Position numbers and translations under genes: made by a program
Part shown: positions 25,752-38,523 of the stretch, in pieces
How positions within the stretch are numbered: the first letter of the stretch is position 1
Layout of the letters: the number at the start of each line of letters is the position of its first letter
From: Negaprion brevirostris
Lineage: Eukaryota
Reading direction: 5' to 3'
Assembly (NCBI GenBank): GCA_030324005.1
Contig: JARDVH010000137.1
Coordinates: 10,163,462 to 10,227,461 of the forward strand
Length of the DNA stretch: 64,000 bases
Notes under the pieces: generated by a model
Told to the model about the DNA's origin: nothing
What the model saw: only the letters and a program-made list of their open reading frames with translations
The model's database searches: none

Positions 25752-25900
25752 ACCGTGGCACTGTGGCCGTCATGCTGCAGTCATTCCATGATTCACTGTC
25801 CATCAGGGACAGTTACTGTATACTTACCGTGGCACTGTGGCCGTCATGCTGCAGTCATTCCATGATTCACTGTCCATCAGGGACAGTTACTGTATACTTA
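25752..25900. repeat. Perfect tandem duplication of a 74-bp unit
   Basis: accgtggcactgtggccgtcatgctgcag...gttactgtatactt starts at 25752 and again at 25826 with no mismatches. Confidence 0.95.
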
Positions 25901-27440
25901 ATGTCTGAATGTTCCTTTCTTTGATAAAAATACATTTTAGATTGAAACCAGGTGCTCAATTTATATAAAAGTGACTAGTAACTGTGCTAGCGTAATGTTA
26001 GTCCCTCTGCTCAGAGGATATTCTTAATATGTTTTTTAGTCTAAGCCCTTATCTGAACGTTTGTGTGCCAGTCCACCCCTGGTAAAGCTCTTTTGTTGCA
26101 ACAGACGTGGAATGGAAGACAAGTCAGTAGCTAACTCTCCTTCCTCCTGCAGTCTCATCCCATAATTTCAGTTACCACAGCACATGGGAAGAGGGGCCTT
26201 TTTTTTAGAAAAAAAGTTGCCTAGTTGGCAACTGCTGCCTTATGAACTTTTGTGAACTAATTAGGATCTTTCACAGAGTCTCTTCAGTTTTATTTATAGG
26301 TTTGGCGTGTTGCTATTCGAAAAATCTAAACACACAGTGAAACNNNNNNNNNNNNNNNTAAGAAGTTCCTCCTCAACTCCGTTCTAAACTGCCCCCCCTT
26401 TATCTTGAGGCTGTGCCCTCTAGTCCTGCTGTCCTAGGAAGGGAAGTGAAAAAGAACCATAAACTGGAGCTACAACTCTTGATCACATGATAGAAATGCA
26501 CGTGTGTGCATGGACAGAATCAGTTTGGCTATGACACCCAACAAATGCTGAAAATCCTGCCCAGGCTCACAAGTTACTACTTGGCTATGGCTGGCTTCCA
26601 AACACTCATGGACTTGCACATCTGCAAGTCTCTCAATCTTCAACCAAGGGCAGAAATTACAGGGGAAAGTTTGTTCCAAAAAAAAATGAAAGGTGGTGTG
26701 CAACAAAGTGATAGTTATTCTAGAAGTATAAATTCACCTTTATTTAATTTATGCATGTACAAATCACAGCAAAAATCTGAGCATTGCTATCGCACATAAG
26801 GGTGCGGTAGGGAAGAGCTGGGGCACTGTTCTAAGTCCACAGTGACACGAATCCAGAGAATATCCAATTCCCTTACTCCACACCCAAATGACATTTGTTT
26901 ACAGAAGTTAGTATATTTGGCACTGACTTGCACTAAGCTAACTAAAGTACATAATCAGATTGGGTAACAATGATGCATTTTTATGCTGGTTGGTCACCAG
27001 CATAAAAATAATGGGGTAAAACTTACATTTTTTTAAAAACTGTTGAAATGCCAGTTTTCAAAAAGTAGTGTCAAATTTGGAGTAGCATCACAATAATCTA
27101 CTAGACAGCTTTGACTCCCTGGTTAAATTGTCATTTTTTGATACAAAGTAGTAAGTCTGGAAAGCATTCAAATGCATATACAGTGCAGCTAGGCAACTTG
27201 GAAATAGCAGATCTTATTAGTGTGACATCTTACTGCAATACAACAAAAATCTGCAGTGAAAGCAGGCATACTTTTAACAAAAGTCAAGGTGAAAGAAGCA
27301 ATATATTTTACAAAACAGGTGGCGCCCATCGGACAGATAAGATAGAAATAGGTATTGCATGACTCACAGGTTAACTGGAAAAATAATGACCAGATCCTGT
27401 GTTTTGAACTGAATTGAAAATAACTACTAGCCTTTTGACT

Positions 27441-27726
27441 TAAGAACATAAGAACATAAGAAATAGGAACAGGAGCAGGCCATCTAGCCCCTCGAGCCTG
27501 CCCCACCATTCAATAAGATCATGGCTGATCTGAAGTGGATCAGTTCCACTTTCNNNNNNNNNNNNNNNNNNNNNNNNNNNNNNNNNNNNNNNNNNNNNNN
27601 NNNNNNNNNNNNNNNNNNNNNNNNNNNNNNNNNNNNNNNNNNNNNNNNNNNNNCCTCCTCAACTCTGATCTAAACTGCCCCCCCCCCACCTTATCTTGAG
27701 GCGGTGCCCTCTAGTCCTGCTATCCT
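27441..27726 (-). mobile_element. CR1 LINE 3' fragment (gapped); related pieces at 13697-13764 and 26359-26436
   Basis: aagaacat microsatellite plus ataggaacaggagcaggccatctagccc tail; gtgccctctagt encodes the TRGH motif on the minus strand. Confidence 0.8.
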
Positions 27727-28019
27727 TTAAGGACGTGGCCTACTCTAGTATTAGGTAGAATATAAATAAAATTTAATTTACAGCATCTTTATATGCAAAA
27801 ACTGATCACAAAAATATTGTACCATATATGAACCCACTTAGATTAACCCACTATTCAACAAACTGAAGCTTCCTTATATGCAGACTAATGATGTTGGATT
27901 GCCGCTCCAGCACGTCCAACACAGGTCCGCATCCATGATTTCTACAGCAGTGATCTCCCACACTTGTGTTATTAGGAAGTTAGATAACCTGCCCCATCAA
28001 CGGAGAAGTGCCGCAAATC

Positions 28020-28548
28020 TTATAAGAACTCTTGGAAGAAAAATTTAAGAGGATAGATATGCAGTGGGTGTAGTCAGTAGATGTTTTAGAAAGTTTTTAA
28101 AATTAAGTATTGCACAGGACATCACAACAGTATGTAAATCAGGGCATTCCTATTTCAAAAATACAACATTGACTATAAACCTCTAAGACATGCTGGGGTT
28201 ATGAAAGGTGTTTCATAAATGCACATTCTTTTTTGTAAGTGGCTTGCTGCAAAGATAATGAAAGGTCAATTTGGTCACAGACAGAAAAAGAGTATGAGCA
28301 AAAAGGAAGTGTTCCAGTCTAGAAAGATGTAGTTAGTCTTGCTTTGTGGTTGCAATGTATAATTTAAAAAAAAAGCAACATCCAGAAATAACTTGGAAAA
28401 TGAGAGAACAATACCAAAATTTAGTGATGACATCCAACGAACAGAGGGATATTTACAAATTGTGAATTGGGCTCGTAAAGCCCCCGAAAGGGCATATCTA
28501 AAATATTAGGAAGAGTAGGTAGGTGAAAAATGCAATGGGTCCAATAGT
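28020..28548 (+). mobile_element. Old CR1 ORF2 remnant, continuing at 30061-30300 beyond an RTE insertion
   Basis: Degenerate motifs gatgttttagaaagtttt (D-F-x-K-A-F) and aaaatttagtgatgaca (KFADD). It resumes with gaaatatgaaatagtgcattttt and gcaaatggaatcctagatttcat. Confidence 0.6.
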
Positions 28549-30060
28549 TTCTTGTTCTCCCATCAAGGGAAAGATTATTTTGTTCATCTTCTGTGGTGTT
28601 TAGTAGGGTTCCGTTGGGTATGTAGGTTTACTGGTAAGACTGATCATTGCCTGGAAGGTTCTGCTGCAAATAGCTTGACTGAGCTTTGAACAAGTTACCT
28701 GCTTGGGATTTCCTCAGCTTGCATTTTTTGCTTGATACTTACTTTTGAAGGAGGCCGTACCATTTATGTGGTTGCGCCAGGTGCAACATTTCTGGACGAG
28801 CATCTGCCAGGACACCAAGTCAATATCAACNNNNNNNNNNTGTGCACTTAGCACTTCCTTTGCACATCCCATACTCAAACTCTCCTTAGAAGATTTGCTT
28901 TGGTAAGCAAGCATCAGGTATTGTCTACATGACAAGTCCAACTCAGTTGAGACCCTCTCAATATGGTGTGGGTGCTCAGAATGCCAGCTTGGGTGAGCAC
29001 CTCAAGTGCCATTTGATCTTCTGAAGTTTCCAAAGACATTAAAGTAGTTCAGGTTTTGCATGCTTACAGCAGAGTGGACAAGACTGTTGCTCTATAGAGT
29101 TTGGTAGGCAGACTTATTCCTCTTCGTTCCCTGACTGATGTTCAAAGTCTGCTGAACAGACTTAGCAGTTTTTGAACGTCTCATTTTTGACATCAACATT
29201 GAGGGAATGTGCTGCCAGAGCTCCACAAATGAATCTCTACATCCCGTTTACTGACCCGATTTTGGCCTTTGATACAGTCACCCATGAGGGCCTTTGTAAG
29301 GCAGTGGAGAAAATTGGATGCCCTGAGAAATCCAGGGCAATGCTTTGATAGTTCCACAAAGGCACACTAGCAGGTTCCCACGTACTGACAATGCTTCAGA
29401 CATCACTAATGGAGTTAAGCAGGGTGACTTCCCTCAATGTGGAATGCCATAAAAGAATAGATAGGGGTCATGGGTGGGGGGGGGGGGGGAGACTGGTAGT
29501 GTTAAAATGGTGGCGCGGGCGCGTTGGGCCGAAGGGCCTGTTTCCCGGNNNNNNNNNNNNNNNNNNNNNNNNNNNNNNNNNNNNNNNNNNNNNNNNNNNN
29601 NNNNNNNNNNNNNNNNNNNNNNNNNNNNNNNNNNNNNNNNNNNNNNNNAAAATGGTGGCGCGGGCTCGTTGGGCCGAAGGGCCTGTTTCCCGGGCTGTTT
29701 TTGTTCTTTGACTTGCTAGTACCAACATGTTTTTCTACCATGCTCTATGATGCCTTTCATGATGGTAATCCTGGCACCAAATTAGATTTCACATGGATGG
29801 GAAGCTGCTCAATCTGAGATGACTCGAGACATAGACCAAGGTCTCCAAGAATACATCTGGTGATTTCCTGTTTGCCAGACGACTTCACTAGCTGCCAGTT
29901 CAATGCAGCATGAGCTCATTCTCCAATGCATGAGACAACCTTCAATTAGCAGAAGACTGAGATAATATAGCAGCCTGCTTCAGGAAAGTCCCACCTTCAG
30001 CCCAAGGTTTCAGTCCATGACTAGAACCTGTCAGCACTGGATAAATTCACTTATCTCTGC
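28549..30060 (-). mobile_element. RTE-clade LINE with 5' inversion: 3' segment on - (28549-~29200), upstream segment on + (~29201-30056)
   Basis: Minus part: ...ERRGISLPTKL, IDLVSWQMLVQ..TWR. Plus part: gcctttgatacagtc (AFDTV), aatggagttaagcaggg (NGVKQG), gataaattcacttatct (DKFTYL). Flanked by tgggtc(c/t)aat(a/g)gt direct repeats. Confidence 0.75.
29431..29708 (+). mobile_element. Young CR1 3' fragment inserted in the RTE
   Basis: gggccgaagggcctgtttcc and gttctttg tail; tgactt at both 29425-29430 and 29709-29714; it interrupts the RTE right after GVKQG. Confidence 0.75.
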
Positions 30061-31469
30061 TGGGTCTAATGGTACAGAAATATGAAATAGTGCATTTTTG
30101 GATGCAAAAAGAGGATTTTAGGATTCTAAATAGACCAAAGGAGTAAAGGAATTTTGGTGTGCAGATTAACTGGTCATTGGATGTGGTTGTGCAAGTAGAT
30201 GAAACTATACACAGTGCAAATGGAATCCTAGATTTCATATTCAGGAGGCATCGAATACAAAAGCAAGCTTTTACGATTTGAAAAAGTAGAAAAATGCTTG
30301 AGGCTCCTGAAAAATGAATATATTCTGGAAAATAAACCAGGGGCACTGGCAATTTTAATTGCAAGAACATCTTTCAGTCATTTCAAGATCTCACCCAAAT
30401 CCTATTTGATTTATCACATTAGTTTTTTGTAAGCGCATTTACACTGTCCTTGTAAAGGAACAATAATAAAACCTACAACAAGAAAGCGATTTTGTTCATA
30501 CTGTCAAGATTTGACAGACTAAAACCCTCCATTACGAGGGAATCCTAAAAGAATTCTTCCTCTTGGAACTATCACCTGCATTGTCCTTAGAAACAGCACA
30601 CCTACATGGAACATTTAGCAGATTTAAAATGTTATGACAGCTTTCTAAAAGCATTGGTGATACACAGTGTAGCGTATGACTCATATTGTGGTTGGCGGTC
30701 GTCAACAAAGAGCGTGTGGGGGTTGGGATGCAGTGGGGGAATCACCCTTCATTGGGATCACTTTGAAGAAAGTTGTTAGAAAGTTTTAAAATGCATTTTG
30801 GTCATTTAGAGGTATAGGAATGCCCAGATATCAGCCATCTTAATGTAAAAAAAAGGGGACTGAATATCCTCAGCATATAATATGCATATTATAGTGGTGT
30901 GTTTGATTGGCTTACCTCCAATATCATCTAAATAAGAATTGTAAGGTAACATGATTACTTGTAGAAAATTATAACCATGTGCATATGAGTGAAATTCATG
31001 TGACCTATTCTTATTCCTGAATGATTTGCATTTGGCACAAACCATTTTTTGATGGTGTTTGGGGGAGCGGAGGGGTTGCACACTCAAAACTGTGGCATGT
31101 TGAGGCAAGTGAATGTTCTACAAAGGAAGAACGTGTGGCTTATAATTCTAAGAGCAGTGGAATATCAGTACATAGCGTTCCTACAAAGCACAAAAGCCCA
31201 AACGCTTTAGGGCTATAAATTTTAATAAGCTCATTTGTGTGTAGCTAAAGTGGCCCTGCAAGTGGTGTGATAACGCCTCTCAAAGCCACAAGGATTCTCA
31301 GCAACACCACATACTGCTGAAGTGTCTCGTGTGACTTCGTTTCCATGGCATCAGACACAAAATAAATTTAGTTTGATAATTAACGGATCGTATAGTACAG
31401 CATTTCACTTCCCTCAATTACTTATAGTACCTGTTGTAAGTTTCTCTAAATCCCAATCTGGTCTACAGT

Positions 31470-32127
31470 TTTTCTTTATTCTCTCATGGGATGTAGGCGT
31501 CACTGGCAATACCAGTATTTTTCATCCATCCCTAACTGCCCTTGAACCGAGTGGCTGGCCACACTATTGCAGAGAGCAATCAAGAGTCAACCATATTTAC
31601 ATGGGTCTAGAGTCACATGTCAGCCAGACCAAGTAAAGGCAGCAGATTTCCTTCCCTAAATGACATTAATGGACCAGATTTTTTTAAAACAACTAGGTTT
31701 TCAATTCCAGATAAAAGTAACGTTTATTTATTAGTCACAAGTAGGCTTACATTAACACTGTAATGAAGTTACTGTGAAAATCCCCTAGTCGTCAGACTCC
31801 GATGGCTGTTGGGTACACTGAGGGAGAATTTAACATGGCCAATCCACCTAACCTGCACACTTCTGGACTGTGAGAGGAAACTGGAGTAGCCGGGGGAAAC
31901 CCATGCAGATATGGGGAGGACGTACAGACTCCACACAGACAGTGACTCAAGCCAGGAATCGAACCCAGGTCCCTGGCGCTGTGATGCAGCAGTGCTAATC
32001 ACTGTGCAAGATTTGAATTCAAATTTCACAAGCTCCCATGGTGGGATTTGAACTCTTGTCCCCAGAACAATAGTCTGGACTTCTGGATTGCTAACCCAGT
32101 GGCATAGTGATAACGTCACCATCTCCT
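31470..32127 (-). mobile_element. Second tRNA-derived SINE family copy, interrupted by a V-SINE (31720-32007, -)
   Basis: The host halves (31470-31711 and 32008-32127) align with the intact copy at 38745-39125; the insert has a V-SINE head, core and tail. Confidence 0.8.
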
Positions 32128-32606
32128 CCTGATCACTGTGATGCTAGATTTTGGTTTGCTTCATGGAAAGGGGCAAATATAACAAAAATGTTAACATTTT
32201 ATTTAAAGGACTTTCATGCAGGCCTAAAGCTGATGAAATATTTTAACAACTTGTGAATCTCAGTAGATATAATTCTGATTGCATGGACAGGAAATAGAAA
32301 AGAGCACAAAACAGTTTCAAGATGCACGAGCAGCACAACACTCCTTTAAAAGGCAGAAAGTCTAAATTTCTAGATATATTTTTACACAACATCACAAGAG
32401 AGCAAGTGACCAGCTTAAGCATCTCTTCTTTCCATCAAATTCAGACATTTATTGAAACTTTAAGAAGTACCTTTTACTGAAGCATTAAATGCATTCATAT
32501 TTCATCAAGGTAAACACAATCAGTAAAATCCTCACCTCTTGCTTACTATTTCTGGACTTGGCTGTTCAATGTTTGCTTAGCCACCATCACATCTTACACC
32601 CTCCAT

Positions 32607-32885
32607 GGGGCGGCATGGTGGTACAGTGGTTAGCACTGAAGCCTCACAGCACCAGGGACCCAGGTTCAATTCCTGGCTTGGGTCACTGTCTGTGCGGAGA
32701 CTGCACATTCTCCATGTCTGTGTCAGTTTCCTCCGGGCGCTCTGGTTTCCTCCCACAGTCTGAAAGACGTGCTGCTTAGGTGCATTGACCCAAACAGGCA
32801 CTGTAGTGTGGCGATTGGGGAATTTCACTAACTTCATTGCAGTGTTAATGTAAGCCTTATTTGTGACGAATATTAAACTTTACTT
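32607..32885 (+). mobile_element. V-SINE with taacttcattgcagtgttaatgtaagcc tail
   Basis: gggcggcatggtggtacagtggttagcact...tttcctcccacagtctgaaagacgtg. Confidence 0.88.
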
Positions 32886-35156
32886 TTGTTTCACTTTATG
32901 TCTAAAACTCATCAAAAACTCTGCTGCCTCTATCCCAACTTTCACTTATCTTGCTCATCTACCCATCGACCCACCACATTGTTCACTGAACTACACTGGC
33001 TCCCAGACCTCCTTGATTTCAAAATCCTCAACTTATTTTCAAAATCTTTTAACTCTCATTATAACCATAACCTCCTCCAGTCCTAAAAACTCCAAGGTCC
33101 CTCCATTCCTCCACTTCTGGCCTCTTGTGCATTCTCAGTTTTAATCACTTCATCACTGGGGGCTGTAAAATTAGTCTTCTAAGGTCTAATGTTTGGGACT
33201 CTCTACCTAAACCTCTCTACCCCTCAATTCTTCTTTAACGCAGTCCTTAAAATCTCCCTCTTTGACCAAGATTTGGGCCACCTTTCCTAGTGACTCCTAA
33301 CGTGGCTCAATGTCACAAAATACCTGCAAATATTTTATCACATTAAAATGGTTACATAAATGCAAACTGCTGTCATAAAATACATCTTGTGAATACTAAA
33401 AGGATTTAAGACTAAACTCAATTTTAATAGAGCCCTCAAACAGTTTAAATGATTCCGTAGAAAGGTTAGTCTTAAAAATGCAATTAATCTAATTGCAATG
33501 CAAGTCTTGCAAGAAGCCAAATGCTAGAAAAATAAAAATCTTGCTTCTCCTACTCGTCACTTTTTGAGCTCTTTAGTGAAATTGTCCATACATCAGCAGC
33601 TGATACGTGCTAAGACTATGGGATTTTGCACTATGTATTGAAGGCAGTTAAAATTTAATACACAAGAGTTCAGTAATTTAAATAGTCCAAAGATGATAAT
33701 ATGAATCAAGATTCTATAACTACATCTCTATCCTGGATTTTTAAAAAATCTCATCATTTTCAGTGACCTATCATGAAAATATATTTTCAGCAGCCATCAT
33801 CACTGTGGAATACATAATTTATCCGTAAGAAATTGCCATCAGTCTGAAAAATGGTACAGAGAACCAAGGTCTCATCATTCCTACTCTGGTGCGAGGCCAA
33901 GTAAGAAACAGGCTCCATATTCTCTGTGATTCAATAGGTAATTTAATCAGCGTTTTACTGGTTAGCTTAACAGACCAGGGAGATCTCAGCTTCAATCCCT
34001 TGAGTTAACATAATTACAGCCAAAGCATCACTGACAGCATTACAATTGGCTCAGCATCATTTGGCTTGGGAGGAAAAAAATAAATCAGTCAGGGTTTCTG
34101 CTTTGATTGTGACCCAGGGGTCTGTGCTGGAACATGCTGCTGATAACAAAAGATAAAGATACAATACACATTTATCATTCTGAAAAGATGTAAGTGATAA
34201 TTTCAAGCGTATTGCCTCCCAAATCTGTTCTCATCTTCCCAGAATTCCATGGTTGCACTCCTTCAATCAGGATTCCAACTGTTCTGTTTCCCATGCTTAG
34301 AAACTTAATCTGAGCTTTGACTGCAAAGGATTTCCAACTTCTGGGACAGAACTTTGTGGGGAATTCATTGCAGTATTTCTTACAGGTAAATATTAATCTT
34401 AGTGTTAAGCCTAACTAATTTAGTTAAAATTATTTAAATGTTATACTTGAAACATATATGGTTGGATGAAAAGATAAATTGGTGTATGTAACTGCTTTAA
34501 AGAAAGTAAATTAAGAAAACATTTTCACAAGTACTTAAGGCTTGTCAATGTAAATATTCACCAAAATCACCACACAACTATATTTTTCCCCAAGATAAAA
34601 GTGGTCTGATAACGATGTTACTTTTTTTTTTGTTTAAGCAAAGTCTATAGCCAATATTACCATTGAAAGAACAGCTTTTCATTCTAAACAGTTTTGATTT
34701 CAAGCACTTCCAGGTCAGGTGAGCACAACTGTCTACGGCATCCCAAACATGTACCCTTTGAACCTCAGAACTACATCCACTGCTGCATCAATGCACCATT
34801 TCCATTCATCANNNNNNNATTCTTAAGGCCTTGTTGAACAAGGTGGCAATTTTATTGCAAATTATTTGTACTGTTTACCCATGTTGGATTGAAGCCATCT
34901 TCACATAGGCTCCTCTCAGTTTACAGTAGGAAATATTTTTCCGTTCCATTTAGGTTCGGGGAAGACCACTGCTCCAACTTACTAGGCTACTCACCTTCCA
35001 AAAGGAAGGAAATGAAAAATAATTTCACCACCTCCCTGCCATACATCCACCCCAATTCCCACCACACATTAACCTTTCCAAGAGAATTTTTATTAATCAT
35101 TTCCAAAAGATGTTCAAATAACCGATCATGTGAAGAACACCAGGGGAAGTCCATAC

Positions 35157-35294
35157 CTGCATTTCTTTGTCTCCATATTTCTGTGGGTTCTTGCTCCCAT
35201 GGCTCTTTCTTCGCAATTTCTTCAGCTCTGCGTGGCATTTTTCCAGGGACTCCAACCTGGCTTTGTGTTCAGCTTGATACTTCTTCAATGTTGC
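35157..35294 (-). CDS. BAIAP2: Exon 6 (138 nt), IMD basic patch: [46 protein letters not shown]
   Basis: Boundaries ccctttag|GCA...CAG|gtatgg; carries the ELKKLRRKS basic cluster of IRSp53. Confidence 0.96.
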
Positions 35295-36079
35295 CTAAAG
35301 GGAAAATACAAATGAAAGTAAATTTACAAAATTGTCACTGGTGACAACTTTTAGCACCAGGAAGGAAGTCTGCCTTTTGTGGGTTAATAAAGTAGAAGTA
35401 AAAGGAACAATTAAATGTATTAAAAAAATCCAGCAAGGCACAATTACGGTATTGATTTCAAACCAATTTTAATTCAATTCACTTCCTAATGGTTTCTAAC
35501 ACAACCTATTTATTATGAGGTTCATTATTTCAAACCTATCATTAAAGTATACAGGTGAGAACCAGTTCTGGCTTTGTTAAAACAAACAAAATATGATAAA
35601 TCTTTGGTCTATCAGTAAAGGTAGCCACATCTGGTTCTATTGTCCATTATTCACAAAGGTTTGAATCTATGAGACTTAAAGAAACAATGCTAAAAGAATC
35701 ATTTGGAGCACCTTGGGACATTTTATTATGCTAATTACGCTATATAAATGCAACCGTTATTGTTGAGGCCAGCCAGTCCATGTAATGAGAATCACATTTC
35801 TGGTAGTGCATATTAAAATCATGCCAATCTGTCCAAAGAAATTTATTGGAAGTTTACAAGTTCTTCAAAGCATATGAGCTATAATGTAAATTTATGAAAT
35901 TTTTGGCTGACAACACGAGGTTCTCTTGGAACTATTTACGAACTTGACTACATTGATTATAGAATTGCCTCCAACTTGGGTCAACAACTTGTAGGTGTTC
36001 GTCAAGACATCATTTATCACTCAGATCAATAAATTAGTACAATGAATATACTATACCTAATTTAGAAGCAGATTCACTC

Positions 36080-37200
36080 AACTGTTAGAAACTTTCCACT
36101 CCTGGTCCCCATGTTGGTCAATATTGCTAATGGTTCTCTAGCTCTTCATGTTGTCCTTCACTCCTTTAAAAAAGCCACCATCACTCCTCTTCCCCCATGC
36201 TCCTCCCCCTCCCCCCCCCAAAAAAATCAACCTCCTCACTGTCCTTTGTAAACTACTACCCCATCTTCAATCTCCCTTTCCAAAGTCCTTAAGCTGGTCA
36301 TTGCCTCCCAAATCCATTTTCATCTTCCCAGAATTCCATGTTTTGAATTCCTGCAACCAGGATTCCACCTGCCAAAATACCAAAGCAGTTCTTATCAAAG
36401 TCACAAATGTTGCTGTGGCAAAGGTGAACTTTCCCTCCTCATGTTCTTGACCTGTTTATCTTCCTTTCTTCAACACTTTCCTATTGTAGTCCAGCTGGGT
36501 GGGACTTTCACATAATTTCATTCCTATCTATCTAATCATAACCGGAGTATCATTTGCAACAGCTTCTCTTCCTGCTCCTGCACCATTATCTCTCATGTCT
36601 CCCAAGGCGCTATCCTTGGCCCCCCCCTCATTTCCCCACATGCTGTCCCTGATGACATTATCCAAAAAGACGGCATTAGTAGTCACACATAATCTAACAA
36701 CACCCAGTTCCATCTTACCACGATCGCTAAATTAGTAGGTATCAAAGTACTGGATACACAAAAATTTCCTCCAGTTAAATACTGAGAAGAATGAACTAAT
36801 TGCTTTTAATTCTGCTCCTCAACTACCAACTCGATCCTCTCCCTGGTGTGTCACATTTGTGTTCTAACTTGCATTTGTTTCCCTATCACACCCAAGCTTA
36901 CTGACCTACGATGGCTCAAACAACAGCTTGATTTTAACATGTTCATCCTAGTTTATGGGTTCACCCTTCCCTACCTATGTAATTTCCTTCAGCCCAAAAA
37001 CCCTCCGAGGGCATCACTGTGCATTCAAATTTTATTCATTCCACCAATGACAGAACATATGCAGCTGAAGATATGACTAAGTATGAGAATGCCCTCACTA
37101 TCTCGCTTCCTTTCTTTAAAATACTCAAAATCTACCTCTTGGTTATCTTGTTCTTGTGCGACGCATTCTTGTGAAGGGCTGAAGGATGTTTTATCACATT
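36080..37200 (+). mobile_element. Degenerate L2-clade LINE ORF2 and 3' end; shorter L2 tails at ~32895-33370, 39940-40300, 45740-46100, 53990-54400 and 60270-60445
   Basis: aaagcagttcttatcaaagtcacaaatg resembles TALIKVTND; cagttaaatactgagaagaatgaa resembles QLNxxKTE; cacacccaagcttactgacctacgatggct resembles TPxLxxLHWL. Confidence 0.65.
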
Positions 37201-37747
37201 AAGTTGTTTTTGTTAGTGAATCGTGTGCCAGCTTACCAGCTGAATATTATAGAAAGGGCTGCAGAATCTCAATTGGATGAAATAAAGTTGTCGTGTCAGC
37301 AAATGTGTCCATTGTAAAATTTAACACAAATGGATAATGCCCATCACTTCCAGGGTGCCTGTAGAACCTGATGGGAACTACCGCAGCAGCAAACATTTTC
37401 CAAAAGCCAAATGAAGTTCTCAACCAGAAACTTCAGAAGACATTCCAGGAACCAAGTCTACTTGAAAAACTTCCCGAACCCCAATTCTCTAAAACTGCAT
37501 TCCTTCCTAATAAAAGACTGGTGAGCCGGAACAATTTCAAAGCTTTACTTCAACCAAGTTTGTTATCCTAATATAGTCTTGAACTCTTAGATTACAATCT
37601 TGTAATCAGTTGATGATATGTTTAATTTAATTTGAAAATATACCAGCTTTTCTTGCTGTAAAATTACACAATAAAGTGAACAGAAAGATTAATAATGATT
37701 TTATTCATCGAGTGGTGTAACAGCACAGCATTCAATGTGAAACTTAC

Positions 37748-37819
37748 ACTTAAGTATTTGGCATCTAACTCAACCTTCTGTTCCAGTTGCATCAGCAGCT
37801 CATTGTGGAACACTTTCAA
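37748..37819 (-). CDS. BAIAP2: Exon 5 (72 nt), IMD: LKVFHNELLMQLEQKVELDAKYLS
   Basis: Boundaries cattgcag|TTG...AGT|gtaagt, phase 0/0; matches IRSp53 LKSFHNELLTQLEQKVELDSRYLS. Confidence 0.96.
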
Positions 37820-38461
37820 CTGCAATGACAAGAAAACGTCAGCAACATTTAATTTCAATAATGTCAAGAGCACAAGAATCCCCCTGAACGCCCACACATA
37901 TGTACTCTCACACACCCACATTGCAGAGGCACTGATTGTACTTTGGATCCTCAGATTAGTCATGTGCAAGTGATGCTTCCCTCCTCCATAAGTTCAGTTC
38001 CTTAAAAGCTATAATTTTACCACACATGCACAGTCTCTCAACACTAATTAACTTGGATTCTTATCCTAAGGGATGCACATTACAATTCTGTTTTGCCCCT
38101 TTTCCTAATCAAAGAATTGCATTCTCTATACTAATTAAAAATCTCAAAAAGCAAAGATGACAATTTTAATTTTTTTCCCCCTCGAATAAAACTGCTATAC
38201 AGCAGCTATGATTTTAGTTTGCTGGCTAAATGTCAGACATTTCTTTCAATCAGCAAATAGATTTTGAACACAGGCGTTGAGTGTTTAATCTGCCAAAAAT
38301 ATATTAATTTGTAGCTAGTTCATCTGAAAAATATCCCCTACTCAAGGATAATTAAACAGAATTTACTTTACATAAATCTCTTGACAGAAACCTTTGCTCA
38401 TCAGGTACAAGCTCTTGCAAATTCAGTGTGCATGCACACTGCCTAAAAGAGAAATACTTAC

Positions 38462-38523
38462 CATTTCTTCAAGCTGTATCTGAATTTGCCTGTGGACCTC
38501 TGCCATCTGGAACAAGACATCCC
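38462..38523 (-). CDS. BAIAP2: Exon 4 (62 nt), IMD/I-BAR: (G)DVLFQMAEVHRQIQIQLEEM
   Basis: Boundaries ttttgcag|GG GAT...ATG|gtaagt; near-identical to IRSp53 GDVLFQMAEVHRQIQNQLEEM. Confidence 0.96.

Noticed and set aside
29504-29700. Direct repeat on both sides of a 100-N run (also 6017-6172)
   Set aside because: Overlapping contig ends around fixed-size scaffold gaps; most likely an assembly artefact.
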